Assembly (NCBI GenBank): GCA_032718475.1
Contig: JAUCBJ010002695.1
Coordinates: forward strand, 1-64,000
DNA length: 64,000 bases
From: Nemertoderma westbladi
Lineage: Eukaryota; Animalia; Xenacoelomorpha
Direction: 5' to 3'
Each line of letters starts with the position of its first letter. Within the stretch, counting starts at the first letter, position 1. This document shows positions 36,601 through 49,957 of this stretch, piece by piece. The position numbers and the translations under genes were made by a program. Under the pieces are notes generated by a model that did not search any database, was not told the DNA's origin, and was given only the letters and a program-made list of their open reading frames with translations.

Positions 36601-39600
36601 AATAATCTTAATTCGAACGAACAAAATAATCCCGTTTCTAATTTAGGTGTGCAAAATAGTTTAATTGATTTAGAAGATAATATATAATAATGGTGCTATT
36701 AATATAAACGTGGCGGACGCGGATGGCCCGGCAAATGAGAGCCTGGTAGGCCACACAGTTAGTAGGCAGGGAGCAACGGGGGTGAGAAACCCCAATGAGA
36801 GCCTGGTAGGCCACGTAATCAGTAGGCAGAAGGTGGCGGGGGTGAGAGAGCGCGACGGGGGCCTGATAGGCCACATAGTTAGTATGCAGGGAGTGGCGGG
36901 GTTGAGTCAACCTGAGGGGGGCATGGTAGGCCACACAGTAGTAGAGGGAGAGGCGGGGGTGAATAGACCCAGCCGCAGTGGAGTTAGTGCGTCGACTAGA
37001 GAGGGGTGTAGAGACGAAGTGAGAGGTAGCGAAGAGATAGGTGGCGAGTGGGGGGGGGGGGCTGCAGGAGCCCCACGACGATAGATTAGCGGCGAGAGGG
37101 GGGGGGGGGGGGCAGAGAGTGTCCCACAGGTGTCGGCGGATGATGCGTGGGGCGAATTACGTGAACCGCAGCACCCGGCGATGGAGAATAGTAGGGGGAT
37201 TATGAGTATCCCCAGTGGCATGCGACCGAGTAGAGAGAGAGAGGTAAACGTCACGAGAGGGCGAGCGACGAGACGTCGAGCCCAATCAGAAGAGGGAAGA
37301 AGAACAGAGGAGTTTAACTGGGAGGTCGACGAGAGATCTCACGAGCGGGGATACCTTCACTGCGGATAGAAGAAGGGAAGAGAGTAGAAGAAGTGTCGTC
37401 GCGAACGACAGGAGAGCGAGGATGGATAGCGAGCCGTCGGTAGTAGAGATGGAGACGGAGAGTCAGTGGGGTCGAACTCCGGGAGATTGCCATCGTCCCG
37501 GGGAGACGCGACCTGACGAAGCGTACTACGCGCCGAGAGAGGGGTACAGGGTGTACCAGTACGAGGACGAGAGCAGTAGAGGGGATCGAAGAGAAACTTC
37601 CCGACGGGATATACCTGCCGATCGAGAATACGGTAGCCGCGGGGAGGATTATTTGAGAAGGTTAAACTTCGATCCCGAGCGACACATACAGACTGCAGGA
37701 AATACTGTAGGCCTTACTGCACATACTATAGGCCATGCTGGAAGAGATAATGTAGGCGATAGGGTAGCGTGGACGACGGGATTAAACCCGGAAGTCGCGG
37801 AGTATATACCGGTAGGTAGGCTAGAAGTGGATAGGCCTATACCGGTACCAGCACAGCAGTATGACTACAGCATGCAAGGGCATAACATATGTCCAGGGGA
37901 GGGGAGATCGGATAGGTGCATGGGCCCCAATATATTAACATCAACCCCAGTATCAACAGGGTGACATTCCCCCATCGCAATATCAACAATATACTCCAAT
38001 AGGAACAAGAACATCGAACCACCCCCTGGACGAGAACATGTCATGCGACACCGAAATATGGAGGGGGCCGCTACCCCCTATGACATATCCATCCCAGAGA
38101 AAGGCAGCAGATAGGACGAACGGACCGCACCCAACAGGGGAATCTGTACAGCATCCATCGAACCCATTGGAAGCACAAGCAATGGGAATGGCTACATTAA
38201 TCGATGCATTAAAGACCAGGATCGAGTTACTGCCCGTGGAGCCGTTTAAATTCGATGGAAGTAGGCCGGAAGAATACCTGCAGTTTCGGCGCATGTATAG
38301 CAATGAGATATTGACGAAGAACTTGACGCAGGCGGAGTGCCTAAAATATTTACAGGTGTATACAGGAGGCCTAGCATACGACATTGTGAGGCAGTACCAG
38401 GGCATCGAGGGTGGCTTCACGACAGCATGGCAGGCGCTAGACAGGGAGTACGGGCACCCGGCCAAGATCATCCGGCAAACCCTGAGAGGTATAACATCGG
38501 GTGGCCTACAGGATAACCCCGTTAGCATAAAGACATTTGCGAACAAAGTCGAGAAGGCGCTAATCGTGTTAAAGACGCTAGACGCGCCATACGAACTCAA
38601 CGCGTCTAATAACATCACCATTATAGCGCAGGCACTTCCGATTTGGCTGCGCAATAAATAGAGGAAAATCGCTTTCTCCACTCGAGAGAGGAAGGGTGCT
38701 GAACCGGGCCTAGAAGAAATGTCGAGCTTCCTTAACTACGAAGCCGAACTCATAACAGACCCAGTCTATAGCGAGGATAGCCTGGGAAAGGGACCAAAGA
38801 CCGAATACAATAGGCCGAAACCAGAACATAACACGGCGAACGCATTGCCAAAGCTCAGGCAATCGCTGCCATATGCGGCGACGCAGGGGACTGCTAGTCC
38901 ACATGTAGCTGGGGGTAGGCTGCACCATGGAGCGGACAGGGGAAAAATAACAACACAAACAAACACAACACTAACACGCCCGGTAGGCTGAACCCAAGTA
39001 ATAAAAACAGTAGGGACTTAGGTACAAATGCAAGTGCGATATGCAGCGCACTATACAAGGATGGCTACAACCCAAACAATAAATGCCAATTGCACACGAA
39101 CGCACTTCATCAGACAATGAACTGCAGATATTGGCAAGCACTACCCAGAGAAGATCAGACAGAATACGCAAGGAGGAACGAAGTTTGTTCTCGATGTGTG
39201 ACGGGTGGACATAGAGCCAACCAATGCAAAGAAACGCCAATCAAGTTCGGTCAAGGCAAAGGACAGACGATGGCAACAAGCACCGTAGGGGCCAAGAAGA
39301 GAGGAACGGTACTACTCGGGGTAATACCAGTGTGGGTGATTGGGGAAGGCAATCGATCAGTACCCACACTGATGCTGGTCGACAGTGGAGCAGCCTTCAC
39401 GTTGGTTGAGAATTGGGTGGCCGAAGAGATAGGATTGAGGACGAGGCCAAGTAGAATGGCGGTAACAACCATCTCCAGTAAAGATGTGGTCCTGGAGATG
39501 AGGACTGGACGGTGCGGGATAGCAGCGATAGCACTGGGATACGACTATGGGGCGACCATCGACCCCATCCAGGTGATAGAGTCGATAAATATCAATGCCA

Positions 39601-40986
39601 GGCGACCAACCAACATCGAGGTAGAACAATACAAATTCCTGGACAGTATCGACTTCTCAATACCAGACGTGGACGTTAGGAAAGTATCCATTATTGTAGG
39701 AATGGACTGCCCGACGGCCCACGAGAGAATGCAGACGGTCTTCGGCGAAGACAGGCAGTGTGACCCGGTGGCGATTTAAACACCATTCGGGTGGACGCTG
39801 AGCGGCCCAATCAGAAGCAAAATACCGTTTAGGATGTTGGAGACATCAGGGTGCACGTTCGCGGGAACTATGCGGGAGATGGAAGATGGAGGAGCGGAAG
39901 AGCAGCTCAGAAGACTGCTTAGGCAGGATTTTGAGGGATTGAAAGAGACCGGGGTCGGAACCTCGGTAGAAGATAAGCAGGCTTTACAAAGCGTAAAGGA
40001 GTCGATGAGGTGCGACGAGTGGCGGTATACCATAGGGATGGTATGGAAACTACCAAATCTACCGCTACCCGACAACAAAGGAATGGTACTCACGAGGCTT
40101 CGTAAGTTGAAGCAAACGCTAAGACGGAGCCCCGAAAAGAATGAGTACATTCATAAGACGATTAGGAAGTATGTCGAGAAGGGATGGGCCGTAGAGTTAC
40201 CGGTCGATGACCCGAACACGGACAGGACCTATTACCTGCCACTCCACGTGGCTCTAGATCCGAAGAAAGGTAAACTGCGGATGGTAGTTGACGCATCGGC
40301 CAAGACCGACGTCAAATGCCTAAACGATTATCTGCTGGAGGGTCCCAATATCTATAACTCAGGGATCGAGGTCCTACTTAGATTCATGAACGGGAAGCAC
40401 GCCTTCACCTGCGACATCGAAGGCATGTTCAACCAAGTCCGTGTAATGGAAGAGGATAGCGACAGTCAGCGACGAGGAACCGTCGACAATACCAATGTAC
40501 AAGATGGTGGTGCAGAACATGGGGGCCAAGTTGTCCTCATTCACGACGACTGTGGCCGTGAGAAATACGGTACAGGGTAAAGAAGAGAGATACAGCGCCA
40601 AAGCCGTCGATATGATTCGACGCGGCTTCTATGTAGATGACGGGATTGAGTCTGGAAACACGGTTAAAGAACTACTGGATACAGGGCGCGAGGTTCGCGA
40701 CATCCTGAAAGGATCTGGGTTTAACCTGACCAAGTTCCAGTCCAGCTCGGAAGAGTTTATGAGAGCCATAGAGGACAGGAGGCCAGAGTCGACCATGGAT
40801 AATCCCATGACAGCCAAGGGACAGAACATGGCGAACAAAAGTCCCAGCAGAAGGCATTAGGGATCGTGTGGAACCGAGAGACAGACAAGTTGAAGTACCA
40901 GTTGAGCCAGGAGGGCGCGGACATCCACACAAAGAGGGGCTATGTATCATACATAGCGTGGGCATGCATGGGCAAGCGTGGGCATA

Positions 40987-41537
40987 CATGGGCAGCCTTG
41001 AATAGGCTTTCCAGGATTTGGAAGTCACCGAGAATTGATCTGAAACTTAAGGTCCGATTATTTAGAGCAGCAGTAGTTCCAGTACTCCTCTACGGGTGTC
41101 CATGCTGGGCTCTAACTGCTGAGGACACCAAATCTCTGGATGGCACATTCACTAGAATGCTACGCCGGGTTCATTGTGTCAAGTACAATGCACACATCTC
41201 CAACCAGACACTATATAACATTGGAGGTGTCTCATTGGTTCCCCCAAGCTTGACACTAGAAGAAAATCGCCTCCGCTTTGCAGGACATTGCTTTCGCCGT
41301 GAGGACCAGCCAGTGCATAATCATGTACTTTGGCAGCCTCATGGAGTGAATAAGCATGGTAGACAGCCCATGACTTTCTTGAGATGCATCTTAAAGCACA
41401 CTGGCCTTGAAGATGCGGATGATCTAGCAAATTTCATTGGTGATAGGGAGTTGTGGCGGCGCAATTTTGTCAACAAGCCGGCCCAGCATTCTTAATAATG
41501 CAGCTGCAATGCAGCATGTCGATCCTAGTAGTAATAG
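40987..41537 (+). mobile_element. RTE LINE 3' fragment inside Bel/Pao pol
   Basis: Near-identical to 5244-5790, with a TAG-repeat tail. No TSD; a 20-bp tandem duplication lies at the 5' junction. Confidence 0.9.
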
Positions 41538-42020
41538 TTTGTACAGAACGGGCAGTAAAATCTTGGGTCTTTGTTTTGTACAGAACGGGCAGTAAAGTCT
41601 TGGGTCTTTGTTTGTACATAACAGGCAGTAAAGTCTTGGGGCTTTGTTTTGTACAGAACGGGCAGTAAAGTCTTGGGTCTTTGTTTTGTACAGAACGGGT
41701 AGTAAAGTCTTGGGTCTTTGTTTTGTACAGAACGGACAGTAAAGTCTTGGGTCTTTGTTTTGTACAGAACCGACATTAAAATCTTGGGTCTTTGTTTTGT
41801 ACAGAACGGGCAGTAAAGTCTTGGGTCTTTGTTTTGTCAGAACGGGCAGTGAAGTTTTTGGTCGTTGTTTTGTACATAACGGACATTAAAGTCTTGATCT
41901 TTGTTTTGTACAGAACGGGTAGTAAAGTCTTTGGTCTTTGTTTTGTACATAACGGACAGTAAAGTCTTGGTCTTTGTTTTGTACAGAACGGGCAGTAAAG
42001 TATTGGGTCTTTGTTTTGTA
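41538..42020. repeat. 37-bp minisatellite, about 13 copies
   Basis: Unit CAGAACGGGCAGTAAAGTCTTGGGTCTTTGTTTTGTA in direct tandem. Confidence 0.93.
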
Positions 42021-45000
42021 ATCACCCTGTAGGCGCTTTTGATTCATGCCTTTGACTCACTATTAACTATCATTTCACCGACAGGACAATTGCCCCCCGG
42101 ACAATCCCCCCCCCCCCCGGTCTATTTCCCCCTGGGCAATTGCCATCGGACAATTGCCCCCCAGATAATTGCCCCCAGGACAATGACCCCCTCGAACTAT
42201 TGCCCCCAGGTAAGGTTTTTTCGGCCATTAGTCAAGGGATTACTACAAAGTCTGATAACTTGTTTCCAGTGCGGTCCCCCCTAGAACTATACTCCCAAGA
42301 GAAATGTAAATTTAATGCAACCACTACTCCAAGGTGGGAGGGAACCTCACATTTAGTAAATATTATTTTTTAAATATAGGTCTGACAAACATACCTTTTA
42401 CGCGAATTTGCTCCAACTTATTTCAAATTAAATATTAAATATTAATACAATTATTATTCACTACTTTCTTAAGGTAGCAATTTGTAAAATTTAACAAACA
42501 CACCTGAGATTTTGTAGATATTATATTTTTGATAGTAAGATACATATAAATATATATTTTGTAATACTTATATTAATTTATTTAAATAGATTTTATTTTC
42601 ATATTCTTGCAGATGCCTTTTTCAAAATAATTATATGCCTATTTTTTATAGCATTTTTAGGTTTATTAACATTTACTATGTTTAAAAAAATAAGTTTTTG
42701 TTAATTTCATGAATAGCATATTTGACTAACCAACAACACAGTTTGAATTCCTTGTGAGTCGAAAAAATTCGGCAAAAGCATCCACAATATCCACATATTC
42801 ATACTGTTTCAATTTCCCTCCCATTTTCTAACATATTTTATATCATTGAAAATAATATGAATTAGGTTCTGTTTTAATTGAAATAATCAAATTGTAACAA
42901 AAATGTCTTATTATTGATTATGAGTACGAGTGTTCTATCCTATATAGCATCGAATACATCGTTTTTATTAGAATTGCCATACCATTTCTTAATAAAGAAG
43001 AGAATACCAATGCAGTAATTCAAAATATGAAAACTACAGTATAATAATTAAATGTATTTTTTTGGTTAATTGTAAATTTTCTAGCTCATGGTGCAGGGGG
43101 TATTTTTCATTTTTTCACACTTAAAGTAATTTTTATGTTGATTTCGGATGGAAAAGCAACTTTTTAATTGGTAGACAAATAAAAATTCAACAAAAACTAA
43201 AAATCGGCCCACCCTAGCTCATAAGCCCAGACTTGCATTCAGCAAAGCAAAGTCGACACCGCCAGATTCAGCATCGGTCCCGAAACTCGAGTTGACAGCA
43301 GCGAGGTTAGGATTAAGGGCCACGGCCTACCTGATGGATGCTATTCCCAACATAGTGGAAACACACTACTGGACGGACTCCATGGTAGTGCTCGATTGGC
43401 TACACAATGAAAGGACGAGATACCCTATATTCGTCGCGAATAGGGTGGACGAAATAAGGGCGATGACGAAGTTGGAAAGGTGGCACTACTGCCCAACGGA
43501 CGAGAACCCAGCGGACTTGTTATTGTGGGGCATGGCACGCCACACTTTCTTGAAGAAGGAAGTATTGTGGCAGCACGGGCCACAATTCCTGAACGACAGA
43601 ACAGCCTGGCCACCGATGAAGAAGGTGGACCCGGGCTCAGAGGAAGTAGCACTAGAGGAGGAGGGAGGAGACTCAGAAGGCGAGGAGATATATAGCCAGA
43701 TGGTGAGGGAGATAAGGGACGTGCAACCAAAACCGGAAGAACTGTGCGATAACCCGACAGACAAACTCCTTAGATACAGCTCAAGTTGGTACAAGACCAA
43801 GAAGTTAGTGGCGTACTGGAGAGCCTTCGGGAACTTCCTAAAAGGGGTCGGCCAAGACACCAAGAACAAACCAAACGTCGATCTGGAGGGAGCGGCCAAG
43901 GCCGTAATCCTTTACGAACAAAGAAAGAGCTACGGCGACGAGGTGGAGCGAATCGGTAAACAGCAACATCTCCGACGGGACAGCGAGCTGATCGCGGTGT
44001 CGCCACAACTCAATGATGATGGAATCTTAGTAATGAATTCTAGAGTGCTAAATAATAACAGCCTCATTATACCACCAAAACCCATCATCATCCCTAATAA
44101 ATCGCCGATAGTGCACCAGATCATTTGGGACTCCCGCAAGTCGATATTGCACGGGGGCACCAACCGGACCCTCACGGAGATACGGAGGACCTTTTGGATC
44201 ACACAGTTGAGGAAGAAGGTAAAGGCGGTGGTGGAGCAGTGCCAGATCTGCCAATGGACGAGAAAGGAGCAGGCCTTACAGGAGATGGCGCCACTACTGG
44301 CCAGTAGGGTGAGACAGCACGACCCGCAATTCACACACTGCGGTGTAGATATGTTCGGGCCGATAAAGATTAAGGTGATGCGGCACACGGAGAAGCGCTA
44401 CGGCATTATCTTCGTATGTAATAACACGCCGGCGGTAGGGATAGAACTCGCCCAAGACGCAACCGCATCGGCATTCATCAATTCCCTAGAGAGGTTCAGA
44501 GACCGCAAAGGTGGGACGATCGCAGTAATGTACTCGGATAATGGAACCAACTTTGTGGGGGCAGAGAACGAGCTGGCAGAGGCCTTGGACATCCTGGAAG
44601 GGGAGGAAGTCAGGGCAGACGACGACAGGTGAAGTGGGAGAGGAGGACGCCGTATGCTCCGCATACTCTAGGATGCGTCGAGAGACTCGTGGGTAGTTCT
44701 AACCGTCTGATGACGAAGTTGATGAACACCCACATGGTAACAGAGGACGTACTAAGGACGGTACTAGCAAAGTGCGAGGGTATCATTAATAGCAGACCGC
44801 TATACCCAGAAAATGATGACCCAGAATCATTAGATGTGCTGACGCCAGTCACTTTCTAATGGAGAGGCCGGCGAACATCGACATGTGGGGTGTAGACCCA
44901 GACGATATACACTCCCGACAGAGTTGGAAAGTTGCTAAGGCGATAAGCGCGGAGCACTGGAGGAGGTGGGTCGAGGAATATCTACCCACGCTTCATAGGA

Positions 45001-45369
45001 GGAGCAAGTGGAGAAATACAAATAGGGAGTTGAAAGAGGGTGATCTGGTGATCGTCATGGACGATACCATCATCAACAACCAATGGAGATTGGCGAGAGT
45101 TGTGGGCACTTACTCCGATGAGGACGGAAGAGTCCGATCGGTAGAAGTGCGGATAGGTGGAAAGATAGGAGCGAAAGATAGGAAGACCTACAGGAGGGCT
45201 GTAGGGAAGTGTTGCCTTCTAGAGGGCGCACCATAGAGTTTAGTCGTCCAAGTGTTGGACTGAGGGGGGTGGGATTGAGGGCGAGATGCCCTTCCTACAC
45301 ACAAAATATAAAAAAAAATAATAAATAAAGAAAGAGAAAGTAATAGTACGTAGTAAGTAAGTAGGCAGA

Positions 45370-47130
45370 TAGAAGTTAGTTAGTAAGAGGGTACGTAGTA
45401 CCGTTAGTAAATTTAGTTAGTAAGAGGGTACGTAGTACCGTTAGTAAAGTTAGTTAGTAAGAGGGTACGTAGTACCGTTAGTAAAGTTAGTTAGTAAGAG
45501 GGTACGTAGTACCGTTAGTAAAGTTAGTAAGAGGGTACGTAGTACCGTTAGTAAAGTTAGTTAGTAAGAGGGTATGTAGTACCGTCAGTAAAGTTAGTTA
45601 GCAAGAGGGTACGTAGTACTGTTAGTAGAGTTAGTTAGTAAGAGGGTACATAGTACCAGTCTCAGTCACGGCCCAATCTCCTCCAATGAACGCAGTCTGT
45701 TCGCCCTTTCCCCACGGATGGCAGGAATGGGACTGCGGAATCCCGCAACCGAGGCCCCACATTCATATGCCGTATCACGGGCGGGAACCAGATCCCTTGC
45801 CGAGGCCATTTTGGGACACCGCGAGTTCTCCAACGCGCAACACCTCGGTTGTCTACAGAGTGCAAGGAAGGAAGGACGGGAGCAGCAGCTTGGGAGAGAG
45901 AAATCCAACTTGGAAGCTGTGCTGGAGGAACTGCAACTGGACCGCCGGCGGACTGTACAACGTACCGCCGACTTCCGTTCGAGTGGGTGGATCTCCTTCC
46001 TGCCCATGGCCGACCACCAGATGGACTTGTCCCCCCTGGAGTTCCGGGATGCGCTGGCGATCCGATACGGCCGCCCCCTGGCGGCAGTGCCAAGCCAGTG
46101 TGATGGGTGCGGGGCCGCCTTCAATTTAAACCACGGTTTAAATTGTAAAAATGGCGGCCTCGTTATACAGCGCCATAACGAACTACGGGACGTGGTTGGA
46201 GACCTCTCGGCTATGGCTTTCGGACCTCGAAACGTAGTCTGTGAGCCGGTTGTCCGCGAGCAGCAGGGAGTGGAGGGTGCCGCAGGTCTTCGGTGCGATG
46301 TGGGGATACGGGGTGCGCTAAACCCACAGACCCAGGCGTTGATAGACATTCGGGTTATCAACCTTGACGCCGGGTCCTATGAGGGTCCCAATGTCTATCC
46401 TCAAGTCGGCCGAAGACCAAAAGAAGCGGCTGTACGCGGAAGCAGTGACGGTACGACGGGGCGACTTCTCCCCATTTGTTGCGTCCTGTGACGGCGTACT
46501 CGCTCCGCAGGCAAACCACCTCCTCCGTATCTTGGCTGATAGGCTGCACCGTTCCTGGGGGCGACCTTTCAGCACCATGATGGGCTGGGTCCGAACTCGC
46601 GTCCAGTTCGCGATAATACGCGGGGCCTCCCATTGTCTACGGGGCTCACGGGTGAAGTGGAGAAGTGGGCAGGGGTTTGAGGATGGTGCTGGGCTGCCAA
46701 GCAGTATTTAGAACAGCTTTGGAGCCTTGGCTGTACTGCTATCTTTAGACAATCAATATTAATGCTAATATCTCTTTTACTTAACGTTTGTATCTCTTTG
46801 CGTTAATGTGACTTGATTTCTTAACTAAATGCTTGTAATGTGCAGCTTCAAAATGTCTAATATTATTAATATACTGAGTGAGTTAGTACGTAGTACCAGT
46901 TAGTAAGAGTTAGTTGGAGAGTTAGTTAGTAAGAGGGTACGTAGTACCGGTTAGTAAGAGTTAGTTGGAGAGTTAGTTAGTAAGAGGGTACGTAGTACTG
47001 GTTAGTAAGAGTTAGTTGCAGAGTTAGTTAGTAGTAGGAGGGTACGTAGTACCGGTTAGTAAGAGTTAGTTGGAGAGTTAGTTAGTGAGAGGGTACGTAT
47101 AGTACCGTTAGTAGTAAGAGTTAGTGGTAG
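45370..47130. repeat. Minisatellite spacer (37-bp then longer units) between integrase and the accessory ORF, split by a CRE element
   Basis: Units GGTACGTAGTACCGTTAGTAAAGTTAGTTAGTAAGAG at 45370-45660, with variants at 46886-47130. Confidence 0.88.
45661..46885 (+). mobile_element. 5'-truncated CRE-clade non-LTR retrotransposon (CCHC plus REL endonuclease)
   Basis: EFRDALAIRYG, CDGC...H...C, RHNELRD, RCDVGIRG, DIRV, EDQKKRLY, FSPFV and CLRGSR, with one frameshift. Possible 15-bp TSD GTAC(A/G)TAGTACCAGT. Confidence 0.88.
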
Positions 47131-47639
47131 GAGGATATTTATAATATAGTATATGGTAAGAATTAGTAGAAATCAGTTGGGAAGTCAGTAGAGTTAGTGG
47201 TAGGTAGCGAGAGGGGGGCACATGGGTACAGCTGGATAAATCGTGTAGGCCACACGATACATACTGCTGTACTGCACAGACCCATAGAGTAGTCTAGAAG
47301 ATGGATTACAAAGTAGAATAATCCATTACCAGACATTGTGTTATCAATGTTGTAGGATAAAATAAAATATTTGAATTAAATAAAACAGAAAATTAGACAA
47401 ATTATGGTAACAGTAGGAGAAATATTCTGGAACATAATTAAAGTAACGGACAGAATTACGAAATTTAGTAGAATTTGGCACTTTTAGAAAATTAGGGTAG
47501 GAAAATTAGGCGATAACCTAACGTACAGTGAGAAATAGGCCATTATCGGACAGTACAGACCATCGAAACCACATCACTCATTTATTATTGTGCCTTGGCA
47601 AGGCCCCACCTTATAGGTGAGCGATCGGAAGAGTTGGAA

Positions 47640-49957
47640 ATGGCAGAGAAACTGGTCAGAAAGAGAAAGGCGGAGTTGGGAGGGAAGGAGATACTGGTGG
47701 ATTTCACCGAGAGGCATCCGGAAGAAAATATGAGGGGATACTATGAGCGGTTAGAGAGGGGTAACAAAACGAGAGCGCTGCAGGACCATTTCAGGGAGGT
47801 GCACAAACAGCGACTGGTCGGGACCTACGGGACACCGTCACTAGACAATGCGATCTTCGAGCATTTCCACTACGTGGTGAAGGGAGACGAGGCGAAGTTC
47901 GGGATACCGAAGTACGCAAAGGAGCCACCGAGAAAGGATTGGAAGAGGTTCGTAGAGTCCGTCAGCAGGGGAGGATACATGGTCCTAGACGATGAGGGGA
48001 CCGTGGAAGTGGAGGAAGGTTCGAGAAGAGGGTCGACAGGGTCGGCCAGAACCATACTCCTGCATTTGGCCGCACCAAATGGGGATATATTCCTGTTCGA
48101 TCTAGGGACGTATGGAAAGAAGAACGGACCGAAGTTGAACCGACTGCCAAAAGCGGTGCAGAGTCTAGTAAGGGAGAAGTCGACGATAAAGGTGGGATCG
48201 GCGATCCGCGACGATGCGGAGAGGATCATCGGTCCGGAGACCCCCAACCTCCTGGATACGCAAACAGTCTACATGGCTATGACGGCGCCAGACGGGTTGG
48301 GACTAGTGGAGAACGCAGGCCATTGTGGAGCGGTGGCGATGGGCCAGCTAATGGAGCTCGTATGCCACAAACCAATGGACTGGGGTAAATTCAGGGAGGA
48401 GTATGGAGCGGAGTTGGCAAACTCGCTGAAGTGGGGAGCGAGGCCGGGGAAGCAAGAGGTGTATCAATTCCAGAGAGGCGCGATAAAGGTATATCAGAAG
48501 CAATATATCCTGCAGGAGAACTGGATTATGATAGGTTTGCTAAACCTATTCATCAGAGAGAACCAACAGCATTCCTGCTATCGAGATCACCCCTGAACTA
48601 CAGAAGAGCCTTCAGAGTGGCTTTCGAGGGTCTGGTAGACCACCCGGGGCTGAAGGGCGAGTCGGTGTATTATAACTGCCGACATCTAGTAGACAGGGAT
48701 GTGGATATGCCATATCAGAGGTGGGAGCAGCTAGAGGCGGATAGACGAGAAGCGAAGCGATTGGAAGAAATCGCTAGACGAGAAAGGAGAGAGGCAGAAG
48801 AAAGGGAGGAGGCAGATAGGGCAGAGAGCTACGGGTTCGAGGAACAGGCGGCCTTAGACGAACTTCATTGGACATCATCAGCGAGTTCAGGTGAGTCTCT
48901 AGGGCGAGAGTTGGGGTGGACGGTAGGGTCACCGAAACAGTCAACATCGGGACTGCATGCGACGCCCATACCAGCGGGCGCCGAGGGCGATTTCGCGCAG
49001 AGGAGACCGGGGGAGCTGGAAGGATGGAAGATCACGGGCGAGAGCCAAGGTGGGAAAGGACACGGTGGATCCACCGGGATACCGGGATTGGAGCCACTCC
49101 CATAGGAGGACGAGGATGACGACGAGTTCGGAGAGATGCCGCCCATCGGGAGGATCGGCCACTCTGACATGGACTGGGTTGGCGGGAGGGTGGTGACGGC
49201 CAGTGGGGCGAGAGCCTTCTAGGATAGACCCGTCAAGCGGGCCTGGGTGCATGAGGAGCCGGTGATGGATTTCGCGGGGAGCACCATCAGGTTGGGCGAG
49301 CAACCGGGAATGGCACCACGAGTAATATTCGGAGAGACGATGCCCAGGAGGGGCGAGGAGATAGACGTGGACAGGGACGCTAACGTCCAAAAGTTCGCTT
49401 ACCAGCGACTCCACAGACCGAGGAGATCGCTTGGGACGAAAGACGATGTGGGGCGGGAGACATTGGTGCTCGGCTGCAATTACTGCGGGAGGCAAACTCA
49501 CCAGGAAAGGAGCTGTTTGTACCGATTCCAGAAAGGGACTAGTTGTCTCTACTGCCGCGAGTCGAGCCACAGGATGGGGGCGTGTCCAAGGTTGCACAAC
49601 CGGTGTTCCAAGTGGAACTTCCAGGGGCACTACTGACGCCAGTGCAACTGGATGGACGATGAGGAGAAGTTTAGGATCTTCGAGGAATGGGCCGATGTCG
49701 GCGCCATGACGCGGCAGCGTATGAAGGCCCAGGAATTCTGGTGGGGCTTCTTTAATATCAACCGGGAGGCCCACCTGGAGATTATTAAACGGAGACTTCC
49801 GTTTACCTACCAGGAGGTGTCAACGGCGGTGTCGTATGCCAGGGTGATAAATACGCCAAAGGGGGAAGCAACAGGGCCATTCGTAGGGGCCACCCGCGAA
49901 GCGATACCGGGAGCTGATAACACCAGCGCCCAAGGAGTCGACAATGGGAATAAGTAG
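47640..49957 (+). pseudogene. Accessory ORF: DEDDy-like 3'-5' exonuclease plus three CCHC knuckles (about 770 codons; one frameshift, three stops)
   Basis: VLDDEG (47988), ILLHLA, IFLFDL, LPKAVQSLV, KVGSAIRDD, LLDTQ and YILQEN (48504). Knuckles at 49475-49646. ORFs 48431, 49247 and 49652 share one frame. Confidence 0.8.

Larger units (their letters stand above)
35421..45236 (+). pseudogene. Bel/Pao gag-pol, fragmented and interrupted at 40960-43220
   Basis: Gag core PFKFDGSRPEEYLQF, knuckle CSRCVTGGHRANQC, protease LVDSGA, RT YYLPLH/RMVVDAS/DIEGMFNQV/FYVDD, RNase H PKLELTAA/YWTDS/NPAD, integrase GVDMFGP/YSDNGTNFVG/VERLV, and C-terminal WRRWVEEYL...W.LARV. Confidence 0.92.

Noticed and set aside
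41538-42020. 37-bp repeats as CRISPR direct repeats
   Set aside because: The units are head-to-tail with no spacers.
47595-49957. env gene
   Set aside because: There is no signal peptide, furin site or transmembrane anchor. The motifs fit a nuclease and zinc knuckles.
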